Position numbers and translations under genes: made by a program. Shown here piece after piece: positions 29,762 to 39,535 of a stretch of 64,000 nucleotides of DNA (the first letter of the stretch is position 1; every line of letters starts with the position of its first letter). The notes beneath the pieces are model-generated. The model made no database searches and was not told where the DNA came from. It saw only the letters and a program-made list of their open reading frames with translations. This DNA comes from Candidatus Heimdallarchaeota archaeon (GTDB lineage: Archaea; Asgardarchaeota; Heimdallarchaeia; JABLTI01). The stretch spans positions 96,001 to 160,000 of the forward strand of contig DXJV01000084.1 of assembly GCA_019056785.1 (NCBI GenBank). Direction: 5' to 3'.

Positions 29762-30499
29762 TTACTCTTCTGCCAAAGCAAGTGTGATGCGTTCTTTTCC
29801 TTTTCCCATGCTTCGCCGTTTGACAACTACAATACGACCGATTTCTGAGGTATTAGCGACATGTGTTCCTGCACAAGAAGCATGATCATAATCACCAACA
29901 GAGATAATCCTAAAAGTCTTTACAGACTTAGGAACCATATTAATATAATCCGTTTGATAGCCTTTTTCTTTCAAAAAAGCAATGGCATCTTCTCGGGGCA
30001 TGAATGAAATTTTCACCGGCAAATTTTGAGCGATGATTTCATTAACGCCAGCTTCGATGGTTTTTAATTGTTCCTGAGTTAAGGCGTTTTCAAGGTGAAA
30101 ATCAGCCCGGCCATTTCTTGTTGAAATATTATTTCCAACCACTTCGGAATTAAAATGTTCTTTCATATAGGTACTTAAAACATGGATTGCCGTATGAAAA
30201 CGCATGTGTGTAAATCTTCGATCCCAATCGATTTCTCCCTGCACTTCTTCACCCACCGGCGGCAATTGTTCCTTTTCAACAACAAAATGACGGACTTCTC
30301 CTTCTTCTCGTTTGACTTTCCAAACAGTTAATACAACATTTCCCCAAGTTATCTTTCCTTGGTCAGTTTCTTGACCCCCTCCTTCTGGATAGAAGGCAGT
30401 TTTATCTAAAACAAGATAATCGTCTCCTTTTGCAATCACCTTTGCAGTAAAGGTGCGTATGTAGTTGTCATTCATGTAGAGTAGCTCAGTTTTTGCCAA
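29762..30499 (-). CDS. alaXM: alanyl-tRNA editing protein AlaX-M
   Basis: LDKTAFYPEGGGQ..D.G, MRFHTAIH, CAGTHV.NTSEIG. Confidence 0.92.
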   Translation of the reverse strand: MAKTELLYMNDNYIRTFTAKVIAKGDDYLVLDKTAFYPEGGGQETDQGKITWGNVVLTVWKVKREEGEVRHFVVEKEQLPPVGEEVQGEIDWDRRFTHMRFHTAIHVLSTYMKEHFNSEVVGNNISTRNGRADFHLENALTQEQLKTIEAGVNEIIAQNLPVKISFMPREDAIAFLKEKGYQTDYINMVPKSVKTFRIISVGDYDHASCAGTHVANTSEIGRIVVVKRRSMGKGKERITLALAEE

Positions 30500-30602
30500 T
30501 TGAACACCTTCTTGATCTAATTCTCCTTCAGTTGGAAAGGATGGGATGGTTTTTGGTTAAAACCATTTGAATTTACGATAAATGAATTGTTTCTTTCAAC
30601 CT

Positions 30603-31922
30603 TTAGGTTTTTTCAAACATTTCATTAAATTCCCAATCTGTTACTTCTGTTGTTTTGGGGTCCTTGACATTCTTCGTGTAAGCGTCCCATTCAGCTTTTT
30701 TCATTGCATTGTAAATGGAAATGAATTGTTCACCAAGGAAGCCACAGAGGTATTTATCAGCATTAAGAGCTGCGAGGGCATCTTGCAAAGTCGAAGGCGT
30801 TTGCTTTATACCCAGTTCCTTTCGCTTTTCGTTAGTAAGATGGTCAACATTTAAAGAAATGCTTTCAATAGGTTCCAACTTATTTTTTACACCATCCAAG
30901 CCTGCAGCAAGCAAAAGAGCAATAACAAGATAAATATTAGCTGAACTGTCAGCACCACGATATTCGATTCTGGCGGACTTTTCATAGGCGGGTACGCGGA
31001 TAAGAGCTGTTCGATTGGCAATTCCCCATGAAATGTAAACAGGAGCTTCATGCCCCGGAACAAGGCGTTTATAGGAATTAACTGTTGGATTCAAAATCGC
31101 TGTCAGACCTTGGGCGTGTTTTAAGAGACCAGCAACAAAATGCTTTAAGGTTGTTGATGGCTCCCCGTCTTCAGCACTGAAGAGGTTCTTCTTGCCTTTA
31201 AAGAGCATATGATGAACATGCATGCCACTTCCTGCTTCAGTAGTATAGGGCTTGGGCATGAAACTTGCTATTAAGCCATTCATCCAGGCAACCATCCGAA
31301 TTATTTGTTTGACAGTTTGAACCATATCTGCCGCAAAGAGAGCGTCAGTCATTATAAATTCGATTTCCATCTGTCCGGGTCCAACTTCATGATGGAGTAT
31401 TTTAGGGTAAATACTATAATTCATCATATAATCTACCATGGCACGCCGCATTTCAATTTCAGAGTCAAGGGGTGGGGCGTCCATATAACCAGCAATATCT
31501 ACAGGCTCACCATCAGGAGTCATATTATACCATTCAATTTCCGGTCGAACTTTAAAGGAAAAACCGAAATCAACTTTGGCCATATTTAATGCGCGTTTTA
31601 AAATGCTTCGGGGATCGCTAGGAAAAGGAGTGCCATTTGTTGTTTGAATGTCACAAATCACACGGGCAATCCGATCATTCCAAGGAACAAGATGAAGAGT
31701 TGAAAGATCAGGAATGATTTTCATATCACTTTGCTCGGTCAACATAAATCCAACGGATGAACCGTCTATTCCTAATCCTTCTTCGAGATACTTCTCTGCA
31801 TATTTCTGGGGCACCTCAACAGCTTTTAATTGTCCTTGGATATTAGTGAATTGAAACTGAAGATAATCGATATTTGAAAGTATTTTAGCAAGGTTTTCAT
31901 CCAATCTTGAAGTCAACTCCAT
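30603..31922 (-). CDS. glnA: glutamine synthetase type I
   Basis: IDGSSV, HHEVGPGQME, FMPKP..AGSGMHVH, NSYKRLVPGHEAP, NRTALIRVP. Confidence 0.93.
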   Translation of the reverse strand: MELTSRLDENLAKILSNIDYLQFQFTNIQGQLKAVEVPQKYAEKYLEEGLGIDGSSVGFMLTEQSDMKIIPDLSTLHLVPWNDRIARVICDIQTTNGTPFPSDPRSILKRALNMAKVDFGFSFKVRPEIEWYNMTPDGEPVDIAGYMDAPPLDSEIEMRRAMVDYMMNYSIYPKILHHEVGPGQMEIEFIMTDALFAADMVQTVKQIIRMVAWMNGLIASFMPKPYTTEAGSGMHVHHMLFKGKKNLFSAEDGEPSTTLKHFVAGLLKHAQGLTAILNPTVNSYKRLVPGHEAPVYISWGIANRTALIRVPAYEKSARIEYRGADSSANIYLVIALLLAAGLDGVKNKLEPIESISLNVDHLTNEKRKELGIKQTPSTLQDALAALNADKYLCGFLGEQFISIYNAMKKAEWDAYTKNVKDPKTTEVTDWEFNEMFEKT

Positions 31923-32118
31923 TGATAAATAACTAATCGTAGGGCATAAAAGCTCCTTTGTTTAGAAATTAAAAGTTTTTATTGTACTTCTAAATAAGAA
32001 GAAAAAATAGAAAGGTCAAGACCCTCATAAATCACACTATTTGACAAGGTTTTTTTAACTGGTATATGCTAGTTATTCCAATAATGGGTAATAGATTTCA
32101 TCCACAATTATAGAAGGC

Positions 32119-34059
32119 GTGTTTATGAGAAAAAAAAACATGATTTTGCTACTGGTGTTGTTATTCGTCTTGATTGCGCTGCCATTTATTTCTTCAAGCA
32201 AGACATCGACTGGCAAATTACAAGCAATCGCTACAATACAGCAGAGAAAGGAATTAACAAAGAATGACTTAATCTTTGACCTAACACAAGAATTGAATGC
32301 TACAGTAATATTGAAAATTCAATTCATCGGTTTTGAAAGCTCAATGATTAATCTATCAGCACTTGAGGGGGATTTATACAACACTCTTAGTCACCCAAAA
32401 AATCCACCATTAGAAGATGTTAGTTTTGCTTTTGAGTTTAGCTTTGCAACTAAAAATAAGACTGAAACGTTAAAAGACTACATTAGCTCTATTGCTGTTA
32501 ATGGAACAAATACCGGCTATGACCTTGACATTGACCTCCTTCTCGATGATCTTAATAGTGGAAACAGATCAAACATTTTCATACCGAGAGATGGCATGTC
32601 TATTAATGCAGAACTTGTAGAAGATTATCTCTATCAGCACTTTTATCAAGAACCTGTCAATGAAACAAGCTATACATTCTTTATTGCAAATTTTTCAGAA
32701 TTTGATAGCGCTGATCATTCTCTTGAACATTGGTATGATACAAGTGGAATTGATTTGGATTCTGAACAACCCATTACTTGGTGGTACTCAGGATATGGGA
32801 ATTTAAGCAAACGTGCAGCTATGGGCTGGGGGGGGAACTATCGATTTTGCTATTTAGATGTCTCAGCAAGGTCATGGTATTTGGACTATGTGAAAACTGC
32901 TTGGACGGCCCTTGGGGGAGATGGGAGTGAACTATATTATAAATATCCGGATTTGGATAACCTAACACAAACCTTTGACCCTCACATGACTGAAGGACAA
33001 GCAAAAATTCAGCAATACCTTAGCGACTGGATAAATAGCTATATTGGGAATATCTTTTCAAAACCCGTCAGTTCCAAAGTATGCATTTATCAAACGGTTT
33101 CATTACAAGTGAAGGTTTTTGAAAACTTAACAGACAATGGTTTTGCACTAGAAGACATTACTTGGTGTATTAATCAATCGAAAATTTTCAATCAATTACA
33201 AAGTGATTTGCCTTGGATTAATTTTGATGTAAAAGTTGAATGGACAAAATTAAGCGATTATCCAGATTTATTTGATTATCTCCAAAGCCGCATCGAAGAA
33301 GATATAGATGGTAAATATATTGAAGTTTGGCCCGAAGTGTTCAATTATCTCTCCAATCATCGGTCAGACTATTTTAACTTAGAAACAGCAGAATTTGTTT
33401 TGCCATGTTACTTTTTCATAACAAACGAAGTCGGTTTTCGTTACAGAGGCATCTCTTTCGCTGGCCTTGGAGGAATGGGTTGGGAGATTTTGCTTGCAAC
33501 TCAAAATTCTCTTTTTGAAAATGGGCAACTAGACCAACCAAGAAGAGGGATGTCTCAAGTGATGATCCATGAACTAGGACACTCTTTAGGATTACCACAT
33601 CCACACAGTGGTACTTTTGGTTGGGGGTCGAGCTTTGTTGCAGACGTTATGAGCTATTTTGCAATGGAGCCAGGTTATAGTACCTTCTATCAAGATGCCA
33701 TCGGTTGTGCACAAACAGAGGCAAACTTCCATTATGCACTGACTGAATATGAAACTGCATTGCAACTATATGCAGATGCTGGTGAACCACAAGCATTAAA
33801 CGACTTAATAACACAAATTTATGACAGCTTAACACTTATTCCAACTTATTACAAGCAAATGGATTATAACCAATCAGCAACAAAAGCTTTCGTTGTAAGA
33901 GAACAATTACAACAATTGTTCGATACCCTTCAAAATACTGGTACTAGCAGCTCAAAAACCTTAACATCAACAAGCTATTTTGGCATATCGCTAGCAATTG
34001 TTTTGCCGGTATTTATACTAACTAAAAAAGTTCTTAGAAGAAGAAAAGATGTTAATTAA
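32119..34059 (+). CDS. secreted, membrane-anchored zinc metalloprotease (metzincin)
   Basis: Signal peptide; HELGHSLGLPHPH; Met-turn VMSY; C-terminal TM with basic tail. Confidence 0.8.
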   Translation: MFMRKKNMILLLVLLFVLIALPFISSSKTSTGKLQAIATIQQRKELTKNDLIFDLTQELNATVILKIQFIGFESSMINLSALEGDLYNTLSHPKNPPLEDVSFAFEFSFATKNKTETLKDYISSIAVNGTNTGYDLDIDLLLDDLNSGNRSNIFIPRDGMSINAELVEDYLYQHFYQEPVNETSYTFFIANFSEFDSADHSLEHWYDTSGIDLDSEQPITWWYSGYGNLSKRAAMGWGGNYRFCYLDVSARSWYLDYVKTAWTALGGDGSELYYKYPDLDNLTQTFDPHMTEGQAKIQQYLSDWINSYIGNIFSKPVSSKVCIYQTVSLQVKVFENLTDNGFALEDITWCINQSKIFNQLQSDLPWINFDVKVEWTKLSDYPDLFDYLQSRIEEDIDGKYIEVWPEVFNYLSNHRSDYFNLETAEFVLPCYFFITNEVGFRYRGISFAGLGGMGWEILLATQNSLFENGQLDQPRRGMSQVMIHELGHSLGLPHPHSGTFGWGSSFVADVMSYFAMEPGYSTFYQDAIGCAQTEANFHYALTEYETALQLYADAGEPQALNDLITQIYDSLTLIPTYYKQMDYNQSATKAFVVREQLQQLFDTLQNTGTSSSKTLTSTSYFGISLAIVLPVFILTKKVLRRRKDVN

Positions 34060-34125
34060 AAACATCTTTCTTTTTTAAGACAAAATTTATTATCATGAAC
34101 GTTGTTAGAAAGGGTACTAAAAAAA

Positions 34126-34346
34126 GGAGGTGCTGGTTGACTTTGATAGAATGTATGACTCGAGTAACACAACAAACAATTCCAACTAGCATCTCTAAAA
34201 AAGCCTTTTTTAAACAATAATTAAATATTCCACTTTAAAGGGGCTTTGGCTTTTTTTTGGGTTTGCTAGTCTAAATGCTTATGAAGAAATTTGTCAGTGA
34301 GCCACAGTACTTTAGGTCAACCAGTAACCTCGAGATTACTACGAGG
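34126..34346 (+). promoter_or_regulatory. attenuator/riboregulator-like structured leader
   Basis: Mutually exclusive pairings of 34127-34141 with 34183-34195 or 34316-34331; hairpin 34200-34247 followed by T8; cctcg/cgagg hairpin over the downstream RBS. Confidence 0.45.
34137..34220 (+). CDS. putative 27-aa leader peptide (MTLIECMTRVTQQTIPTSISKKAFFKQ)
   Basis: GGAGGTG at 34126-34132, TTG at 34137, TAA at 34218-34220 inside a hairpin loop. Confidence 0.35.
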   Translation: MTLIECMTRVTQQTIPTSISKKAFFKQ

Positions 34347-34354
34347 TAAAAAGA

Positions 34355-35308
34355 TTGACAGAATCAAATCTAGAAGAAGCTATAGAATTGATAAAAGAAC
34401 GGAAAAAAGAAGCCAAACAACTGAAGGGCGAAGAGGAGTTCGGCTTTGTAGATAGCCAACAAGATGAAAAAATAACAACTCCACAAAAAATCAAAGGGCT
34501 TGCTCGGACAGTACGCACCCTTCAAAGAAAGCCGAAAGAAACCATTTCAAAATTCGACAAAAAAACCTTTGACCCAGGATTTATGCAAAGGCATACAAGA
34601 GAGATCACCTATCACCTTGTTCGCAAAGAACTTCAAAAAGTTGGACTAATTACAGACCTCCTTGCAGAAATAAATGCCGGAAAAGAAGCGACAATATACC
34701 TCGCACATCTAAACGGTGCACCACTAATTGTTAAGTGCTTCCGGCATCATCTGACATGTCACAAAAGCGCACGTGGAAATCCACAACTACGAGCAACTGC
34801 TTTTGCAGCCAAAGAATACTACAAACTTTTAAGAGCCTATCGTGCAGGAGTTAGTGTGCCAACGCCAGCAAAACAGATCAATAATATCATCCTCATGAGG
34901 TTCATAGGGAGGGATTGGAAACCTGCGCCTCAACTACGACATGCCATCTTGGGTGACCCTCTAGCAGTTTTAGAAGAACTCCTAGAACAAATAGTTATCC
35001 TATATACGAAAGCAAAACTTATACATGGAGATCTATCGGAATACAATATCCTCATAGACCAGCATCAGCACCCATACATAATTGACTTCCCACAAGCTAT
35101 TGATTTAAACGGCTATCAAATGCAATTTACACAAAAGAAAGAACGAAATCAGAAGGTATTACAAAAAGACTTGAAAACAATTTACCATTTCTTTGAGACA
35201 AAATATCGACTAACATTTGATGTCAATGAAGTTTTTCATCACATCATTGGCGAAAAAGACTATCAAGAACGGCTGGAATTAGAAGAGATAAAAGCCAAAA
35301 GAATCTGA
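34355..35308 (+). CDS. RIO-family Ser/Thr kinase/ATPase
   Basis: INAGKEATIY, IVK, IHGDLSEYNIL, IIDFPQAI. Confidence 0.88.
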   Translation: MTESNLEEAIELIKERKKEAKQLKGEEEFGFVDSQQDEKITTPQKIKGLARTVRTLQRKPKETISKFDKKTFDPGFMQRHTREITYHLVRKELQKVGLITDLLAEINAGKEATIYLAHLNGAPLIVKCFRHHLTCHKSARGNPQLRATAFAAKEYYKLLRAYRAGVSVPTPAKQINNIILMRFIGRDWKPAPQLRHAILGDPLAVLEELLEQIVILYTKAKLIHGDLSEYNILIDQHQHPYIIDFPQAIDLNGYQMQFTQKKERNQKVLQKDLKTIYHFFETKYRLTFDVNEVFHHIIGEKDYQERLELEEIKAKRI

Positions 35309-35504
35309 CTTATTTTTTTATTGCAACTACAATGTCAACTGGCAAACCCCACACTCGCAACGATTCGTTTTGAATATTATAAGTGGTTACGGGCGCATGT
35401 TCTTTACCACCGTTTTCCGGAAAAAACTGCCATTCTTTCATTTTTTCAATAGAAAATTAAATAGATAATAGCTACTAGCTCTAATATAAAACTGGTGTTT
35501 AAAA

Positions 35505-35882
35505 ATGAATTTGGTCATTCCGATGTTATTTTCTTTATTGAAATCGACTATAGACCCGCAAATACACAAAATTTCCTTTTCGTTCTGTCCCTTTATTTTT
35601 GGGGGCTTGGCAATCTATGGGCTTGTTAAACTTCTTAAACTCGAGAAAAACCAGAAGAGAGAACGATGGTGGTCAATATCGACGATAATATTTATGGTTC
35701 TTGTAATAACCTTTGTTGGGTTAAATTCCTTTCTATGGTTGAATGATTTACTTTTCTATCTTTTTATTGCTGTGCGCTTTTTGCTTTTAGTATTTTTACT
35801 TTTGCTTGCAAATCCACACTTTGCACATGCACCATTTCGGAGATTATTCACAACTAAGAAAAAGACTGATAAAGATAACTAA
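35505..35882 (+). CDS. hypothetical membrane protein
   Basis: Three hydrophobic segments; basic C-terminal tail. Confidence 0.55.
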   Translation: MNLVIPMLFSLLKSTIDPQIHKISFSFCPFIFGGLAIYGLVKLLKLEKNQKRERWWSISTIIFMVLVITFVGLNSFLWLNDLLFYLFIAVRFLLLVFLLLLANPHFAHAPFRRLFTTKKKTDKDN

Positions 35883-35946
35883 AATAAGACAATTAAGTTA
35901 TCTTTGAAAAAAAGTCTCGAGATGTAGACGAAAAACTCCCAAAAAC

Positions 35947-37290
35947 TTGAAGGGTTGTAAATTGGCCGAGAAAGAACAGGAGAGTCATAAGAAGAAAAGA
36001 GAAAAACCAAAGCGTATTTGGAAAGTTTTCTCAAAGAGCTATCTCTTTCTTTTTGTCTTGTTTCTAATAATGTTCACTATGCGTGCAACGATTATCATCC
36101 TTCAAGTTTTCGTCCCAGCAATGAGTCAAGATTTTTTTATGACCTCTGGTGATTTTGCGATAATCTTCACTATTTACACATTCTCTGGTGCGATTACCTC
36201 TTTTTTTGTTGGCCCTATTGCTGAACGAGTAGGTTACAAGTCGACGATCTTCTCCGGGATGTTTTTCTTTACTATTGCTACAAGTGTGTCAACTTTTGCA
36301 ACTGCTTTTTGGGTTATCGCATTAGCCCAAGGTATTGCAGGTTTTAGTGCAGCGTTATTTGGTCCAGCCACCGTTGCCTTTTCAGGCGACTTTTTTCCGG
36401 AAAACAAACAATCATCGGTAATAGGCTTTATTATGTCCTCTTTTTATGTTGCCTCCATACTCGCTGTTCCAATAAATGCCTTTATTGGCGAGCTTTTATC
36501 CTGGCGATGGGCAATAGCTATAATGGCAATTTTAAGTGGTGTTATTTTGCTTCTAATCGTTTTAATTATCCCTCCAAAAAAACAACCAAAAATATCAAGT
36601 TCCGAAATGGAAAAAGAACAAGAATTCGACGACAGGAAGCGTGAAAAACCTCACAAACTCAAGTATTACCAAAAGATGAAAGCTGTATTGACGCAAAAAT
36701 ATGCTCTTGGAGCGTTTTTCATCACCTTATTTCAACGCGGGGGGCTCTTTGCTATGACGGCAATTCTGTCGGATTGGTTGCTCATCAAGTTTGGCAAAGA
36801 AGCCTCCATATCAGGGCTTATTTTAATGGGAGCTGGTATTGCAGCCTTAATTAGTAATGCCTTTTTTAGCTGGCTCGCTGATAAAAAAGCCGGGAAAAAA
36901 AGCATCATTTTGTTTGGTACGGCTTTAACTGGACTATGGATCGGGGTGTTTGCATTACTTTCCTTCAACTTTGGGCTTGCAATTTTTGGTGTGATTTTTC
37001 TTAACTTTTTAGGCGGCATCTCTATGGGGAGTTATAATGCTTATATTGCCAACATAGATGCTAAATCAAAAAATATCACCGTTGCTTTAAACAATTCCTT
37101 TGGGCAGATTAGCCAAGCCTTGGCGGTTGCAATAATTGCTAAAGTCATCTACAAACAAACGGGAAATTATACCTATGCTGGTTTTGCTGCAGCGGCTTTT
37201 TATCTCATAGCCTTCATCTTAATGTTATTTTTCATTAAAAAAGATAAGAACATGAACAACTATAGCAACAATTTATCGCAGACAAATTGA
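35947..37290 (+). CDS. MFS transporter
   Basis: 12 TM segments; GPIAERVGYK and WLADKKAGKK motif-A repeats. Confidence 0.9.
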   Translation: MKGCKLAEKEQESHKKKREKPKRIWKVFSKSYLFLFVLFLIMFTMRATIIILQVFVPAMSQDFFMTSGDFAIIFTIYTFSGAITSFFVGPIAERVGYKSTIFSGMFFFTIATSVSTFATAFWVIALAQGIAGFSAALFGPATVAFSGDFFPENKQSSVIGFIMSSFYVASILAVPINAFIGELLSWRWAIAIMAILSGVILLLIVLIIPPKKQPKISSSEMEKEQEFDDRKREKPHKLKYYQKMKAVLTQKYALGAFFITLFQRGGLFAMTAILSDWLLIKFGKEASISGLILMGAGIAALISNAFFSWLADKKAGKKSIILFGTALTGLWIGVFALLSFNFGLAIFGVIFLNFLGGISMGSYNAYIANIDAKSKNITVALNNSFGQISQALAVAIIAKVIYKQTGNYTYAGFAAAAFYLIAFILMLFFIKKDKNMNNYSNNLSQTN

Positions 37291-37369
37291 GGAAAGCCAT
37301 GTTGGTTAAATAAAAACCTAAAAAAATACGAAAAATAAAAGGAATAGTGATAAAAGAGACTCGAGAAAA

Positions 37370-38110
37370 ATGACTGCTGTAAATGACATCGCAATTTTAT
37401 ATGAATTGAATAAAACATTAGAACAAATGGAGAACTTAGAGCAACTTTATGCTAAGGCTGTTGAAAAATTGGGAGAATCACTTCTCTTTGATTTTATCGC
37501 CATTTTCATGTTAAATCCGGAAGAAAAACTCGAAATGAAATCTATGACTGGAGTTGAAGTCAAAGTACAGAAAAAAGGGAAGACAATTAAAAAAGAGCTC
37601 TTTAAGAAGGAGTTCCAAGATAGGCAATTGAAAATTTATCAGCGAAAGGACAAGAAAGAAATTCTCCAACACTTTTTCCAATTTATAAACCTTCAAAAGA
37701 TAGCCATTGTTCCTTTTATCACAAAAAATCTCCTAATAGGCTTTCTTTGTGTAGGAACTAGGAAAGATGCTTTTACTGATGATGAAAAACTTTTACTCGA
37801 AGCATGTGCTTTCTCAATAAATTTCGCAATTACCAACCTCATTATAAAAGAAGAATTATTACAGCAGAACTTAAAACTTCAGACAATTGCTAAGAATATC
37901 AGACATGATTTCGCAAACGATTTACAATCTATTGGTATGACGGTAGAATTATTACTAACAACAGAACTCTCTGATGAACAAAACAAATTCATTCGCTTAT
38001 TGAAAAACGCCAAGGACTCTGCTGTACGACGATTGCAGAAATTCAAAGAACTAAAAAACGAATTCGAAAAGGAAATTTCACTTCCATTTGGTCTCAATTT
38101 AGAGAACTAA
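37370..38110 (+). CDS. GAF domain + HisKA-like H-box protein lacking an ATPase domain
   Basis: IVPF...IGFLCVG..F...E..LLE (GAF); IRHDFANDLQSI; ends ~60 aa later. Confidence 0.7.
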   Translation: MTAVNDIAILYELNKTLEQMENLEQLYAKAVEKLGESLLFDFIAIFMLNPEEKLEMKSMTGVEVKVQKKGKTIKKELFKKEFQDRQLKIYQRKDKKEILQHFFQFINLQKIAIVPFITKNLLIGFLCVGTRKDAFTDDEKLLLEACAFSINFAITNLIIKEELLQQNLKLQTIAKNIRHDFANDLQSIGMTVELLLTTELSDEQNKFIRLLKNAKDSAVRRLQKFKELKNEFEKEISLPFGLNLEN

Positions 38111-38248
38111 GCATTGCCTACCTATCAAATGATAATTAAAGAAAGTTTTTTTAAGAAACTTCTAATGCTTTAGAATAAACTCTGACGAAGATACGGAATA
38201 GGATGCAAGGTAGTCAACGGCAACAAAAACAAAACAAGGTCAAACAAA

Positions 38249-39508
38249 ATGAATCAAACGAAAATCGATAATGGCACAATAATATTAGATCCCAAAGGAA
38301 TGGAAATCGGGACTATCAAGAAGATCTACTCGGAGAATTTAGCGCGGTTAGAATTAACAAATGCTGAGTCAATTGCTTTTGATGTATCATTAATAAGTAC
38401 GATAAAAGTTTCAGGGCGAATTTTAAAGAAAAAAACAGCTGTGATTTCAGATAACTTTAATCTGTTTTTTAAAGGTGCTTCAGAAACATTAGAAAACTTA
38501 TTGGAAAACTTTTTCGAACAAATAGCCAACCAACTTAACAACAAAGAAATCAAGAAATCGTTACAATACTTTGAATTCGATTGCTTAGAGAAAAACAGAC
38601 TGGATGAAAAGCTGCCGTTTTGGCACACGCTAGGGATAATCCGTGGTGTAGAATTAGCCAGCAAAACTTCTCAAGATTTTTTGGTGAGAAATGTCTTTAA
38701 AGCAGCAGAAAAATCAGAGAACCTAAAACAAAAAATCGCACCCGAAATTCTCGTAGACAAATTGACACAAGAAAAAGCCCATTATCGGATACTTTGGAAT
38801 GTTGTACGTGTGGCTATCCAACAAGCGATAAATCAAAAAGATCCGAAATTGGTTCTTGCAATAAAGGACCCGCTTTTTGAGATAGGATTAAAATTTATAG
38901 ATAACGAATTAAAAGAAGCAAGTGAGGAAAAAGACATCCTATATTGGCAAGAACGGATTGAAGAATGTATTTTTTCTTATTTAGCTGCATTACTTCGTTC
39001 ACTACCAGAAGAAGAGCAACAACAACTGCTACAAAGAATCCAAGAAGAGAATATCGATGAGCTTAAAAAATTAAAAATCAACAGTATTCTTAAAGAACAG
39101 ACAATAAAGAATTTTGAATCTTTTTCACTTGAAAATTATGACAATAAGAAAACTGTTGAGTTGTTACATGCCGGTTTGAAAGGTTTCAATCTTCGGGTTA
39201 TGGCTGAAAAGAAAGCAATGAAAACACTCAAAGAGAACTTGTTGACAATCCTTCAGGAAGAAGAAAAATCAAATAAAATTATTACATTACAAAAGGAACT
39301 AAGCAAATTCACACAAGAAGTGCGGGATGTCTCAAAAGAGTTCCAATCACTTTTAATTGAGATCAGACAATTTTTGAAGAAAATAGAATATGGAGATAGC
39401 AAAGTAAAGGATTATTATACATCACTTTATGAAAAGTGCTCTGCAAAGAATTATCAAGGATTGTCTGAAATTTTAGCACTCTTAAAGAAAAATTTCATGG
39501 AAAAATAA
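38249..39508 (+). CDS. hypothetical protein, PRC-barrel-like N-terminus + helical/coiled-coil body
   Basis: GTIILDPKGMEIGTIKKI; long E/K/L-rich helices. Confidence 0.55.
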   Translation: MNQTKIDNGTIILDPKGMEIGTIKKIYSENLARLELTNAESIAFDVSLISTIKVSGRILKKKTAVISDNFNLFFKGASETLENLLENFFEQIANQLNNKEIKKSLQYFEFDCLEKNRLDEKLPFWHTLGIIRGVELASKTSQDFLVRNVFKAAEKSENLKQKIAPEILVDKLTQEKAHYRILWNVVRVAIQQAINQKDPKLVLAIKDPLFEIGLKFIDNELKEASEEKDILYWQERIEECIFSYLAALLRSLPEEEQQQLLQRIQEENIDELKKLKINSILKEQTIKNFESFSLENYDNKKTVELLHAGLKGFNLRVMAEKKAMKTLKENLLTILQEEEKSNKIITLQKELSKFTQEVRDVSKEFQSLLIEIRQFLKKIEYGDSKVKDYYTSLYEKCSAKNYQGLSEILALLKKNFMEK

Positions 39509-39535
39509 AAAAGAAAGAATCCCAACCACGGATTC

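Noticed and set aside
29635-29826. 64-aa N-terminal extension of the M20 ORF
   Set aside because: Overlaps the AlaX gene; family similarity starts at MSKALEF.
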